Source: Octopus bimaculoides (Eukaryota). From it: 64,000 nucleotides of DNA. The notes beneath the pieces were generated by a model. It was not told where the DNA came from. It searched no databases and was given only the letters and a program-made list of their open reading frames with translations. Location of the stretch: positions 177,150,001 through 177,214,000 of the forward strand of contig NC_068982.1 in the NCBI RefSeq assembly GCF_001194135.2, given 5' to 3'. Positions 12,542 through 26,103 of this stretch are shown in pieces. Each line of letters begins with the position of its first letter. Position 1 is the first letter of the stretch. The translations under genes and the position numbers were made by a program.

Positions 12542-14479
12542 CTATATATATGTATGCATATGTGTGTGTGAGTGTCTCTGTGTGTGTGCGTGCGTGCGTG
12601 TGTATGTATGTATGTTTGTATATATATGTAGATATATATATATATATATATATATATANNNNNNNNNNNNNNNNNNNNNNNNNNNNNNNNNNNNNNNNNN
12701 NNNNNNNNNNNNNNNNNNNNNNNNNNNNNNNNNNNNNNNNNNNNNNNNNNNNNNNNNNNNNNNNNNNNNNNNNNNNNNNNNNNNNNNNNNNNNNNNNNNN
12801 NNNNNNNNNNNNNNNNNNNNNNNNNNNNNNNNNNNNNNNNNNNNNNNNNNNNNNNNNNNNNNNNNNNNNNNNNNNNNNNNNNNNNNNNNNNNNNNNNNNN
12901 NNNNNNNNNNNNNNNNNNNNNNNNNNNNNNNNNNNNNNNNNNNNNNNNNNNNNNNNNNNNNNNNNNNNNNNNNNNNNNNNNNNNNNNNNNNNNNNNNNNN
13001 NNNNNNNNNNNNNNNNNNNNNNNNNNNNNNNNNNNNNNNNNNNNNNNNNNNNNNNNNNNNNNNNNNNNNNNNNNNNNNNNNNNNNNNNNNNNNNNNNNNN
13101 NNNNNNNNNNNNNNNNNNNNNNNNNNNNNNNNNNNNNNNNNNNNNNNNNNNNNNTATATATATATATATATGTCTTCCTCTACATATTTGTTGGTGGCAA
13201 TTTCGTTCCTGCATACAAGCTTCTCGTTTTTTTCTGAAAAAAATAACTCATTTTATCTGGAAAAGCAGTCTTGTATTCTCAGGTTTATAGCATCTCCTGC
13301 TGTGGAGGCTTTGGTTGGCTGAGTTAGGTCAGTGCAGTTGATATTTAATTTGATTCGGTGCATCTCAAAGTAAATTGAAAGAACACATGTGCACAAAATA
13401 GTTTCTCACAATTATCGTATTTTTGAATATTTTGGGCGACGTGCTACGTATGTGGTCTAGCAATGAGATTCAATGCTCCACACGAGAGGAGTACAAACAA
13501 GTGCATCTAGTGAAATTACTTGGGTGAGGAATAACATTTTCATGTCGAAAAGAACAAACATCTTCGTTTTTGCAAAATGCAGTCAAATGAGATGTAACTG
13601 CATAATAAGTGCTTGTTGCAACTCATCTATTTTAGTTTGAATGTTCAGCTAAGATCGTCGCCAACATACATGCGAAGATCAGAACAATTCAGTCAGGCAT
13701 ATATTTCCATATAAGCAACATTTATAAGCATTAACATATTACCTATATGCATAGACAATGTAACTTCAGTAAATGTGAATATGGAAGGTGTTGCGAATAA
13801 TCAATAAATCGAAAATTGTTTACAAGATCAGGAGTTGAGGCGATACTTGATATAATTAATTATGAAATATATTAATTACGTACCATCTGCAAAACTTGGT
13901 GCAAACCCATGTAACTTTCTGAATTTAAATAACTGCTTTATTTTTTCAGTTGCAGTTTCTGACCGTTTTGCTCTGATCTCTGGTCAAGAACAGAATGAAT
14001 AATACTTAGATCTAAGTGCAGTAAATGTGCTGTTGTTGTTTTCACCACTCAGCAAATACATAATCAAATACGTATTCTACGCCATCGTACGGTATTATGT
14101 TATGTGTTATTCACTTATTCAGTATGGTACGATGTGATGGGAAGATTATGTCTCCGATTTCTACAAGGACGTGTAAACGCTTAATGTATTTCTCCTTACC
14201 CGTATATATTTTAGTGCAGCTCGAAATAATTTTCAATGTAGTTGATCTTAATCTGTATCAGTAAAGTTAAGTAGATTTTACCAAGTGGTAAAATTTAGTA
14301 CCATAGTACATATTTCATGGGACGAATAATGAGCATTTCTCCTTGTTGTCCCTTTTTTCGTTTAATACAAGGTGTATATTCGTCAGATAAGTAGAGTAAG
14401 AAATACAATATTCCCTATGCATAAGATGTCATTTGCTCTAATATTGCTAAATATTATGCACGAAACTACACAGACCTCT

Positions 14480-15220
14480 CCAATTCATAAATAGCATCAC
14501 TGCTGAAAGTTTCAACAGATAAACATAGCACATCTAATATACGTTGGCTATTCCATGGTGTATCTAAATACTGGTTAAGCATATGTGAATATTTGCACAC
14601 GCTACTCCAAAATGTTCGCTATTTTCCGCTTGCTGATTATATAGACCGCATTCGTCTGTTGAAGTGGAGGAATATATAACCATATTCGCTGAATTCTTCT
14701 TTAGAGCTTGACCTTGCTCAGTCTCTAAACAAACTCTACACGTTTCTCTTAAACCCTTCACTCTGAAGGCATTCCCATGGTTAGTGAATATTTTTAGTGT
14801 CTCTGTGGAACTATCGGTGTAACTGAATTTCTTTCTTCCTTTCCTTCTTTAACATATCATTCCACTAATCACATATCATTCCACAATAGAGTTCCTGTCG
14901 CTACACCCAATGGAGTGTATATAATCCATATACCTTCCCTTAAAATTATTAGTTGCTATGCACATGAAGTGTCTTTTGAAACCATTGTGAGGATGGTTGT
15001 ATATATAACAGCCTTTGAATGACAAGATCCTCCAAGTGGTTACTTGAAAGGATTTGGAAATTACATGTTGGAGTGTGGGTTGGAGTATGTGTAGGTATGT
15101 GTTTGCGATGTTGGAAGCGATATTTTCTAAACACAATAGCTGATCTGGACGTTATGGATATTGAAGAGTTTATAAAATCCATGAATTCTAAAGACATTCT
15201 ATTTAATTAGCACCTAGAAT
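14480..15220 (-). mobile_element. Highly decayed Penelope-like element (RT thumb to GIY-YIG)
   Basis: LEFMDF...IVFRK and CRVC...NMVIYSSTSTDECGLYNQQ resemble PLE LPFLD..VYRK and NVVY.I.C..C...YIGQT. Confidence 0.45.
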
Positions 15221-17075
15221 GTCCTAGGTGAGTCAGTTGAAAATTCTACGTTAAAGATAGAGTAGAAGGTTTTTTTTCTGACTTCGGGTTCGGGTGTCGG
15301 GGTTCGGTTTCCTCCAAATATATATGGAAATCCACGCCATGCTATTGTCCCGTTATAGTGAGTCTATATGTATGTGTGTATTTGTGTTTATGTGTGTGTG
15401 TGTGTGCTTGTACATGCATGTATATATATACATACACACCAGGATACATACATAAGGCTGAATCGTTTGAAACCAACGAAGACACATTTCTTTTCGAGCT
15501 CACGACTGGGAATGTGGACATATTTCTATAATGCAGAGACTAAGATCCAATCTATGGAATGGCATCACAGCTCTTCTTCAAATGTTAAGTAGTCCATGAA
15601 TCATCGGTTAGTACAGACAGACAAGGTCACATTTTTCTTCTTTTTTTTTTGAGGTAGTAAGGGCATCATTGTTATTTTCCTGGAACCTAGCTGTATCCTA
15701 AATATCGCTGCAAACATTGCTTTGATTTGTAATCAGTGGTACATATGCGTAGTATTATTTGCACCCGATCGATGGGATATTTTAATCATGAACAGAATCC
15801 CAACATCTTTCCTGGTAACTTTCCTGCTATTTGATTGACTGTTTATCACACATGAATATGTAAGAAGCATAAGTATATTAATGAAAGTTACAGACAAAGC
15901 AATCTGCTATCGTTTAAGCAACACAGTATTTAACTACTCCCCTTTACTAACTCGGTTCAAATTATGCCGGGACTAAAACTTAATTTCATTATTCCTAAAT
16001 TCCGTTAAAAAAGAAAAAGACCAGCGTCAGTCATACACAGAAGCCGGATTACATCGACTTGCCACGCTTCATCAAAACTTTGGGCTGTGGCCAACTTTAA
16101 GATTTTATTCACACAAAATTGAGTGAGATGCATCTTATAGCCGGATTGAAATTGGTTTTGTAACGCTATACTGATACTTAGTTTGATTCTCTGTAATTGA
16201 GTTGTGTGATCCTAATACCTTAACGTGCATGTGTAACAGTGTATGTGTGTGTATATGTGTGTGTGTTGGAGCGCGCGCTTTTCAGCGTAGAGGAATGACC
16301 GTTATACTTTGTTGTCTGTTGTAATGTCTGAACAACAATATTCTTGTGTTTTGAATCGATTCAAATTGTTCCATTAATTTACATATTGAAAGCAAGTTTG
16401 TTTGAATTTATTTCTTGTTTGAGTTTATTTCTTATCCGAATCTGTAGAGATAGGAACATTGCCAGATAGTTAATTTCGGTATTTTGTATTTTGTAGGGAT
16501 GTCATAACAGTCTGTTGTTTATATTTCTTATTATCTCTCTTTTTGTCTATGTTAACGCTGTCATGTTTATTATATTTGTTGTTTCGGTAGATATTTATTG
16601 TTGGTTTTCTACTGATGTCTGCTGTTCTCTGTTTTGTGTCGTTAATTTTGTTTTCAGTGATGTAATTGTTGGCCAGGTCATTGTTCCGATTACTGTTATT
16701 CTCATTATAATTACTGAGATCGTTGTCATGGTTTTTATTTTAGTCCTGTTTTTGGCTGTCGCTTTGTTTGTCTTTTTGTCTACTCTTGACTGATTTTGTG
16801 GTATTCTTCTTCATTTCAACACCTTTTTTCCTCTCACCCACTATCTGGTTATTTTCTAGTCATATCAATTCTATCTATAGAATGTACCCGAAAGTTAGTT
16901 CCGCATACAATATTTTTTAGAAAATAAACAAGAAATATATATGTATATATATCAAGCGTAAATATTATCCTCGTGCCAACAATTGTTGTTTGCATTTTAT
17001 ATATGAATGCGTGTGTGCATGAAAATATGTATGTGTGCGTGTAGACACACATACATATCTATCTATCTATTTATC

Positions 17076-17121
<46 letters not shown>

Positions 17122-17174
17122 TCTTGTGCTTGCGCGGGTGTATGTATATGCATGTATGCATGTGTGTATGTATT

Positions 17175-17237
<63 letters not shown>

Positions 17238-18499
17238 GCATCAGTCAAATGACTGAAACAAGTAAAGGAAATATATATACACACTCACGTGCATATATAT
17301 TATACATGTATGTATGTATCTATGTATGTATGTGTTTATGTATATTTATATATGTAATCGATGTAATGATTTTGAGAAATAGCCAAGATTCAATAAGAAC
17401 GGATAAACTAGCCTCATGCCAAATTTAAATCCCATACCCAAAACAATGCCAATCTTACGTAATCACATATAATTAAGAGTATTTTTACTGAACGGTATGC
17501 AGTCATCTTGATTCACCACTGTGATTATATAACAAAAATTATTTAACTCGAATTGCTCTGAGTAATATCAATTTGTTAACTACATACAGAGATATATGTT
17601 TATATATTTGGAGAAATACGTGTAATGCGCTATCCGCAATTGTACTTTTGCTGTTCGTGAAATAGCTTTACTGCATGAAAAACTCCTCTAAACAATTCGA
17701 GTTCAATGTTAAATATTTGTCAGAACTTCCTGCGAAACTCTGTGGCATTCATGCTTTCTTCGTGTTTATATGTAGGACAAATGCAATGATTTCTGATCAG
17801 AATCAGGTACGTATCGGTCATTAAACTAAGAGCTAACTGGCATTAGACTGAGCGTGTGTAAATAAAATATTCTCTAACAACATAACCCCCAAATCAGAAA
17901 TGCTCCTCAAAGTGGATTTTTATTTAAAATATGGTCACATACAATGGCTGGATAATAAACTCTGCTTGCATTAGAAACCAGTCTATTGCAAATTATATTT
18001 GAACTTGGTATGGTACATATATTATATAATACGTACAGATATTTGAACTGAGACGATATAGAATGAATATGCCCAAAGATTTGTAATACCACAAACCTTA
18101 ATAACGTCACTGTCAGAGGCCACAACTTCTTTCACTACGACCTATAAATGCAATAACGCATGCGCGTTGTGTATAATGTGTAGAATTACCTTTCATTGCT
18201 ATACAATCCCTGCAAACAAAATAGAAATTCTAATGCAAACTCAAAGATATGCCTAGCGTAAATCTCACTAAGAATCATCTCAATACACGGGTATATTATT
18301 ATATCAATTGTATAGCTGTAGAAGTGGTAGTGGAATAACAATGTAGCACCGAACCTTAGAAATATATGATTTTTATATCTTATATTGGCAAACGACCACA
18401 AAATTTTAAAACGCAGGGGTAATATAGATATATAAGAATCGATACCAGGACTTGAGTCATCCATAAATTTACAGCTTTTGCTGCAGACGTAATGATGAT

Positions 18500-18530
18500 G
18501 ACGATAATAATAATGATGATAATAATAATA

Positions 18531-18608
<78 letters not shown>

Positions 18609-18612
18609 GTAG
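18500..18612. repeat. (AAT)n microsatellite
   Basis: Direct reading; source of the poly-Y and poly-I ORFs. Confidence 0.95.
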
Positions 18613-21364
18613 TAAAGCGATAAGAAAGATAATGCACTAACATAAAAGAACACAAATAAAAATAACAAAAGGCCAGCATGGATTTTTTTTAATTATTAAT
18701 ATGAGCAGGAAGCATTCTGATTAATTATAGCAATCTACATTATCACAAAACCACTGACATCCGCAATATTATACTCATCAACATTATCGTAATCATTAGT
18801 CTATACTGGTGCGTATACACAAGCACTTCCGTTACTTGGTCAATCCATATGACTGACTGAACAAGTTTGTTTTATTTTAGCCCATGTTTCTGTTTATGTG
18901 CATATCTGAGACAGGAACATTCTTTAACTCTTTTTTTCCTGTATTATTTGTTCGTTTTCTTCTCATTCTTTCCACCTTTTGAACACCCACTAGCAATTCA
19001 GTCGACATGAAGAAGCCATAGCAGAAAACATAACACTATGTATGAAATATGAAGCTTCTTTAACTAAGACATTATTGGCAACAACGTTACTGAAAGCCCT
19101 AGAACAGCGTTGAAAATTGATAAAATAGCCGAAGTTTCTGTTATTTATGTATGTCCTCTCTGGACGTGTAACTTAGAGATAACGGAATTTTTAAGATATT
19201 GTCAAAACACATATACATATCCACACATAAATATACACATGCATGCCTACACACACGTTCATATTGTTATTTGTTGGCTGATAATACTACAAGATTTGCT
19301 CAAGAGCTTAGAGTTTCATATTAAAATTTACAGCTTATGAAATAATCTTAATAAAGTGATTTGGAACAAAACACAAGGCACTTAAATAACTATAATACCT
19401 TCAGCTAATGAAGCATGGTGGGAAAAAGAGGCAAATGAGAGAAATATATGAAATCTGGAATTGCAACATCGTAAATTTACACCTTATGTCGTTTGCAGAG
19501 TGCATGGGTAAATAGCGATTCATATTCGGCATAAGTGTACACAAATCCCTTTAATACACTTGCTGAGTAGTTGAAAGTAAAATTTATTGTCCTCAACATT
19601 GATACGAACGTCTGTCGCACATAATTGTGTGTATCTGTATATAATGTTTCTAAGTGATTGTGTGTCTGTATATTTCTATGTGTGTATGTGTGTGTGTGGT
19701 TTTTTACACATTGGATCCGAAACTTATGTATTGGACCCGAAACTTATGAATTAAATTAATAACTCAAACTCAATAACTCCAGTGTTGTATCACTAATTGC
19801 AAGGAAGTGGGTATGGTTAATTGAATTGACCACCTTACATTACTGAGTTATTCCGTGTAATAAAAACAAAATATCCAGTATCCTTAATTCGCAATTGGGT
19901 CAGCTCTTTTGGCCGCTGGTAGAGTTTAAAACGTGAATCAGGCATTGGTATTCTGCTCTAAGAATACTAATTACTAAATTTATCATAATGGATAGGATCA
20001 GAAGTCCAAAACTTATCTCAAGACTCCTCTAGGAGTCGCTTATCATCATTTTGTATAGCTGTACTGTAATTTATATCTAAAGAATTGCTGATATAGAGCG
20101 CTCTTTCCTTATCTTTTAAATTACACATCGACAGTTTACAGGCTAAATATTAATATTCTCATAAATAATATCGTTAAGCTATTACATCATGATGACATTA
20201 GGTCATTGTGTCATTAAGTCATTATGACATTAGGTCATCGTGATAGTAGGTCAAGATGACATTAGATTACTATGACAGTAAGCAATTGAGACTACAACAG
20301 TTGGTTTGAAGTGAATGCTATTATATTTGTCTCCAGCTCATCACTAACTGAGCAGACAAATGATGAAATCACACCAGCCATGGCCATCATATCTTTCGAA
20401 GGACGTCAATCACTATATTTTAGGGACGTTCCTGGAGTGTATAATTTCAAGATTTGCCTGTTAACCCTAATAATTAGAGTGATTGTGAATAAGTTATACC
20501 TGTAAATTAACGGAGAAATGCGCTGGAAGGTCTGTCGACATTAATGAAAGAAACGTCAATATACAGCAAGGTTGTAAACTAAAAGGAAATTTAGGCCGCT
20601 GGACTTAAGTTAATTCACTTAAAGCATAGCAACGTGATCTGTTACGAGTTACGAGTGCCTTTCAAAAGGTAAAACTGTGTAGCTACACAGAGACCACAAA
20701 TCGGAAGCAATCGTATGTTGAATATTATTTACTTTTGGTTATATCTTCAGTTGAATATGTAAAGTTACTAACGTCAAAATATTCCCTTTCTATTCTTTAT
20801 ATGTGTTTGTGTGTGTGTGTGTGTGTGCGTGTGTGTGTGTGTGTGTAAGCGTGTTTGTGTGTATGTATAATGTATGCATGTATATGCATACGTACAAACA
20901 TATATGTATCATATATCTTCATCTGTATGCCTGTCTATCTGTGTGTTGATGCATGGATGTATGCATGCATTTACGTATGCACGTGTGAATGCATGCATGT
21001 ACGTGGGTGTATGTATGTATGTAGGTATGCAGGTAGGTAGGTAGGTAGGTAGGTAGGTAGGTAGGTAGGTAGCTAGGTATACATGAAATAGAATTGTGTA
21101 TTCTGACGTTTGATAATGTGCATTCACATTTGTGCCTTCCAGTCGAGAAACGTTTGTGATAAACGCATTCATCAAATATATTAGGGCCGAAAACGAATTG
21201 TGTGAAGCACAAAGGATTCAAAAGACATCCGAAAGAAAGAAAGAAATCGAATGACTAAATGATTGAAAACATATTAATAGAACAGGCAGAACATTTGTCA
21301 CAATTTCCAAAAATGTTTCGTCAACTATTTGATCTTGTAAAGTACTGTATAAATATACACACAA

Positions 21365-21438
<74 letters not shown>

Positions 21439-21539
21439 ACACCCACACACACACACACATACACACACACACACACAACACTCAAACACAAGCACGAAAA
21501 ACACATTACACACATGTTGCTGGCGATTTCGCCTTTCCC

Positions 21540-21573
21540 TTTCCGACGAAGAACTATGCTCGAAACGTCAAAC
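21540..21573 (+). ncRNA. Decayed minimal type I hammerhead motif with a CCGACGA core
   Basis: TTT-CCGACGA-A-GAAC-TAT-GCTC-GAAAC-GTC-AAAC; same family layout as 11871-11906. Confidence 0.5.
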
Positions 21574-21715
21574 TTTCTCTTTTCACCGAGCTTCAAGCTG
21601 ATACATATCTTGTGCACGTCCACGTATTGTCCATTAGTTTTACTCGTTGTCTTGAACTGACTGTACATATATATGTATATTATAATGGAATAAGTACTAT
21701 GAAGCATTGTGTAGA

Positions 21716-21969
21716 ATATATTGTATAAAAGATCGTGGGTAAGACCAAAACAATGCGAAGTAAATGCAAGTTAAATCACAAGAAAACAAATATGCGAATT
21801 AATGTAGATTTACATTGTATTCAATAAATTTCTTGAAAATGGGGTCATAATCCTGAAATATTAAATACAAGGTAAGTCTATATTAATTCGCATATTTGTT
21901 TTCCTGGGATTTATCTTGCATTTACTTCGCATTGTTTTGTCCTTACCAACGATATTTTATACAATATGT
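21716..21969. repeat. Fold-back inverted repeat (MITE-like)
   Basis: Arms 21716-21813 and 21872-21969, 98 bp each, about 10 mismatches by manual alignment; 58-nt spacer. Confidence 0.9.
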
Positions 21970-21979
21970 ATGTATGTGA

Positions 21980-22297
21980 GAGAAGGCGCGTGGCTTAGTG
22001 GTTAGGGTATTCGGCTCACGATTGTAAGGTCGTGAGTTCAATTCCTGGTAACGCGTTGAGCCCTTGAGCAAGACACTTTATTTCACGTTGCTCCAGTCCA
22101 TTCAGCTGGCAGAAATGAGTAGTAACTGTATTTCAAAGGGCCGGCCTTGTCACACTCTGTGTCATGCTGAATCTCCCTGAGAACTACGTTAAAGATGCAT
22201 GTGTCTCTGGAGTGCACGTTAATTTCACAAGCAAGCTGTTCTGTTGATCGTATCAGCTGGGACCCTCGTCGTCGTAACCGACCGAGTGTTCCTTTTC
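21980..22297 (+). mobile_element. tRNA-derived SINE family A
   Basis: GGCGCGTGGCTTAGTGGTTAG (A box) and GAGTTCAATTCC (B box); 3' end GTTGATC..ATCAGCTGGGACCCTCGTCGTCGTAACCGACCGAGTG. Confidence 0.85.
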
Positions 22298-22683
22298 GGT
22301 GGAGGTGCAATAGCCCCGTGATTAGGGCAGCGGACTTGCGGTCGCAGGATCCTGATTTCGATTCCCAGACCGGGCATTGTGAGTGTTTATTGAGCAAAGA
22401 CAGCTAAAGCTCCACGTGGTTCCGACAGGGGACGGTGGTGAACCCTGCAGTGTTCTTTTACCACGGTTTTCTCTCATTCTTTCCTTCTGCTTCTGTTGTA
22501 CCTGTATTTCTAAGGGCCATCCTTGTCACACACTGTCACGCTGAATCTCGCCGAACACTCCGTTAATGGTACACGTATCTGTAGAGTTCCTAGCCACTTG
22601 CACGTTAATTTCAAGAGCAGGCTGTTCAGTTGATCCGATCAACTGGAACCCTCGTAGTCGTAGCCGACCGAGTGTCACGCCAA
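22298..22683 (+). mobile_element. tRNA-derived SINE family A2 (different head, same 3' end)
   Basis: Head GTGGAGGTGCAATAGCCCCGTGATTAGGGCAGCGGAC..TTCGATTCCC; collinear with the minus-strand copy at 60702-61089. Confidence 0.85.
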
Positions 22684-22694
22684 TATATACATAA

Positions 22695-22782
<88 letters not shown>

Positions 22783-22916
22783 AAAAGATAATAAGAGTGA
22801 AAAAACTACAGAAGGCTTGTGTTACATGGTTAAAGTATATATTTAAATTATGTCAGAAAAATGTTAGAAAAATGTTATAAAATCTTTTTGGTATATAAAC
22901 ATTGTATATATATATA

Positions 22917-23306
22917 TTCTTGTATTTGTTTCAGTCATTTGACTGCGGCCATGCTGGACCACCACCTTTGGTCGGAGCAAATAGACCCCAGGATTTGTTC
23001 TTTGTAAGCCTAGTACTTATTTTATCGGTCACTTTTGCCGAACCGCTATGTTACGGGGACGTAAGCACGCCAACATCGATTTCCAAGCGATGGTGGGGGG
23101 GACAAACTTAGACACACAAACATATACATACATATATATACACGATACGCATCTTAAAATTTCCGTCTACCAAATCCACTCACAAGGCTTTGGTCGGCCC
23201 GAGGCTATAGTAGAAGACACTTGCCCGAGGTACCACACAGTGGGACTGAACTCGGAACTATGTGGTTGGTAAGCAAGCTACTTATCACACAGCCACTCTT
23301 GCTCCT
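22917..23306 (-). mobile_element. SINE family B, full length
   Basis: Reverse complement of 6920-7304, including the internal microsatellite. Confidence 0.85.
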
Positions 23307-23325
23307 ATTCATGTATGTGTATATA

Positions 23326-23475
23326 TACGAGGGGATCCGAAATCTTCGTGTCTTTGGGTAAAATAAAATGCAGGAGGATTCGTTAATTATGATTTCATTG
23401 GACATAATCCCCTCTTATAGTCACACACTCATTGCAGCGGTCCTTCAGTTTTTTTAAGCTCTGGAAAAGAACTGC
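23326..23475. mobile_element. Mariner-like non-autonomous terminal fragment
   Basis: TA+CGAGGGG start, followed by sequence resembling a mariner subterminal region. Confidence 0.4.
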
Positions 23476-23487
23476 ATATATATATAT

Positions 23488-23559
<72 letters not shown>

Positions 23560-24340
23560 GCATTCTCTACACAAATTACATGTTTTGTCGTGCACGTGGA
23601 CATATGCTTATGTATATATTAATATGGATATTAGATTATAGTTATATTTATTTGAATTTATGTAAATTACCATACATTTATACAAATTACCCGCTGTATG
23701 AGGACATCCACTTAGATCTATATCGTATAGCAGCTATGCTTACGGGACATACGCATGTAAAAGCATATTTCCTTCAGTTCTTCATGGGAAAGGCACGTCT
23801 GCTGCTCAATCATATGCACAACAAACTGACAAAACACGAACCTTTTACCACCGATTTTAAGATCAATCCTGTTGCAAGGGACTTCACAATTGCCAAAGTC
23901 CCTGAATATCTAGCATCCCACATTTGAGAATTTTGTAGTTCACATTGCGTCACGTGATAGCGTTTGAAGTGTCGTGAAATCTCACGATGCCAAATACAAA
24001 GTGAAGACTTATTACCATCACTTTGAAGTGGAATATTTGGGGATTGTAACGCATGACCCCTAAGGTAGTAAAGAAGATCTGCAAATAAAAATGTGTGTGT
24101 GTGTGCATGTGTATGTGTGTGTGCGTGCGTGTGTGCGTATTTGTGTGTGCGTGTGTGTGTATGTGTGTGTGCAAAACAGACACTAAAAGTGTCATCATTC
24201 ATACCGCATCATGCATCTGGGGATAGAGGAGGAGAGGCAGTAGAAGGTGAGAGTTCTGAGTGAATGTATGTAGGATTGGTTTTAGATGAAGAGAAGTGAC
24301 GAATTAAGATCTTAAGGAACAAAGGAATGAAGAGAGAAAA

Positions 24341-24512
24341 TCATTTCTTGTTCTCAGCGGATGCGGGAGTCCGGGTGGCATCTGTACAAGAACAGTCCGA
24401 ACACAGGCAGGTGTTGTAGCGAGTGACCGGTCCAGCTGAGATGGTGCGAAACCGAAGTGTCACTGCTGAGCCTGATGTCTCGGAGATGTTCAGTGAGTCG
24501 GTCAGCGAAGCA
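24341..24512 (-). CDS. Weak candidate terminal exon, unknown protein
   Basis: GC-rich island in an AT-rich background. Open frame EFASLTDSLNISETSGSAVTLRFRTISAGPVTRYNTCLCSDCSCTDATRTPASAENKK*. The acceptor (AAAG) is weak and no family was recognised. Confidence 0.25.
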
Positions 24513-25442
24513 AATTCTTTATATATTGAAATAATATTCATTGGGAAACGATATATACAATGACCAAGCAAAGCGTTTAACTAATTCATAGCGAAGTGGA
24601 CTGAGATATCAATATTCCGAATGCATGTGTCACTGAGAAAAATCTAATTTAATTTTTTTTATTTTCTCGAAACAAGAAGTGACCTTTGAACACATGCCTC
24701 TAATGCAACGGGTGCTTGCACACTGGTTCAAATAAAACTAAAAGTTTTTCCAGTTGCTTGTTAAATGAATCAATTGAGAATTTCAGCTACACTGTATTTT
24801 GTATGAGTCAATCCTACTCTACAATCTAGTTTTAAGTGGCTTTATTGCGGATGGAACATATTGCTTTTGGCATGATTCCAGCCACTGTATATTCGCTTCG
24901 CAGCTGAGATTCTACTCCCTCCAGCAACAAAAATCAAAATTCGAAGTAATCATGTTTCCTCATGCTTGAGGTCGTTGAAGGTTATGATGATGATGATGAT
25001 GATGATCGTGGAGATAAAAATGTTGATGGTAGTAATGAAAGTGGTTGTGGTAGTGGTGGAATCACTAGAGCTAATCTTGGAATTAGTAGTGATGGTAGTG
25101 GTGTTGGCGATAACAACGCCCACGGCGGCGACGTCAGTGTAATATACAAATTTATAAATAAAACGTATAAAGCCACGTTATTGATTTCGGTTAAGGTAAC
25201 CAATAACGCATATTCCAAGATAAGTTGTTATTAACCATCCAATAAGTTATTACAATATATTTCTCTCGATAAGAAAACTTCTTGTGCTGATAATATCATA
25301 AGTGTAATTTTATATCTCACTTACTCGAGCCATGAATCGAATCGACTTTAATGATAGTTATTAACGTTGTTTTAAAATGTTTTATTGCTTGGTCATAAGA
25401 GAGCAGTCATGGTCAAGACCTTTTTCAGGTGTCTGAGACAGA

Positions 25443-25718
25443 CGAGAGGAAATTATCATCTGACCGCAGATTTAACATGAGCATTTGCAACAAAATCACC
25501 TAATGAGCAGTTGGTGTTGTTGGGTACGTTTCAGTCCTGAGCAACGAACAACATTGGTGTAAGATTTAGCTGTTAGTTCTTGGACGTTGGTCAACGGTTT
25601 AGACATTTTTACCTTTGCTTGAGTTGATAGTAATCTTGATGGAGTACACGACGACGAGATGGCGGAGAAGGAGGAGGAGGGAGAAGAGAGGAATGTCGAC
25701 GATGGCTACAGCATAAAT
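25443..25718 (-). CDS. Weak candidate Ser-rich exon, unknown protein
   Basis: Acceptor-like TTTATGCTGTAG, then about 70 open codons (PSSTFLSSPSSSFSAISSSCTPSRLLSTQAKVKMSKPLTNVQELTAK...). Possible donors AAG/GTAAAA or TAG/GTGATT. Boundaries approximate. Confidence 0.2.
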
Positions 25719-26103
25719 TATGAAACTGGTACAGTTGGTATTGATACAGAAAGATAAATTAATCGTATGACTAGCAATGAATTGTTTTAAGAAACGTCAA
25801 TGGCTACCAATGAACAGTTTTTAGAAAGTTACTGAATCGTATAAAATAACTATTATCTTCATGAATTTCATAGTCATTCCAACTTTTGATTTTGTGTTTG
25901 CTTTGACTCGGTTTGTTTTCAATTTCAAAATATTCGTTATTTCAGTTACACGATTTTTTAAATGGTAAGCTGAAATCTTGTCTCCCTTGTGTTACACATA
26001 GTCATGTTCTTCTCAGATATCCTACTATATAAGTTTCCCTGACGAAATAAACAAATAATTTCTTCATATTTACTGAATCATTTCTATGCATATAATATTC
26101 TTT

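Noticed and set aside
13450-14000. Short plus-strand frames with splice-like signals (NEIQCSTREEYKQVHLVKLLG; AVSDRFALISGQEQNE*)
   Set aside because: Too short, weak splice sites and no recognisable family.
18190-18209. Possible 20-nt minus-strand micro-exon (TTTGCAG / GTAATT)
   Set aside because: Joining to the next acceptor needs a 48-nt intron and gives stops in all frames; such signals occur by chance.
19715-19752. Two tandem copies of TTGGA.CCGAAACTTATG.A (superficially CRISPR-like)
   Set aside because: Only two adjacent units, no spacers, eukaryotic context; a simple local duplication.
21980-22060. tRNA-like A/B boxes here and in the other SINE heads
   Set aside because: No cloverleaf; they continue into SINE bodies, so they are not tRNA genes.
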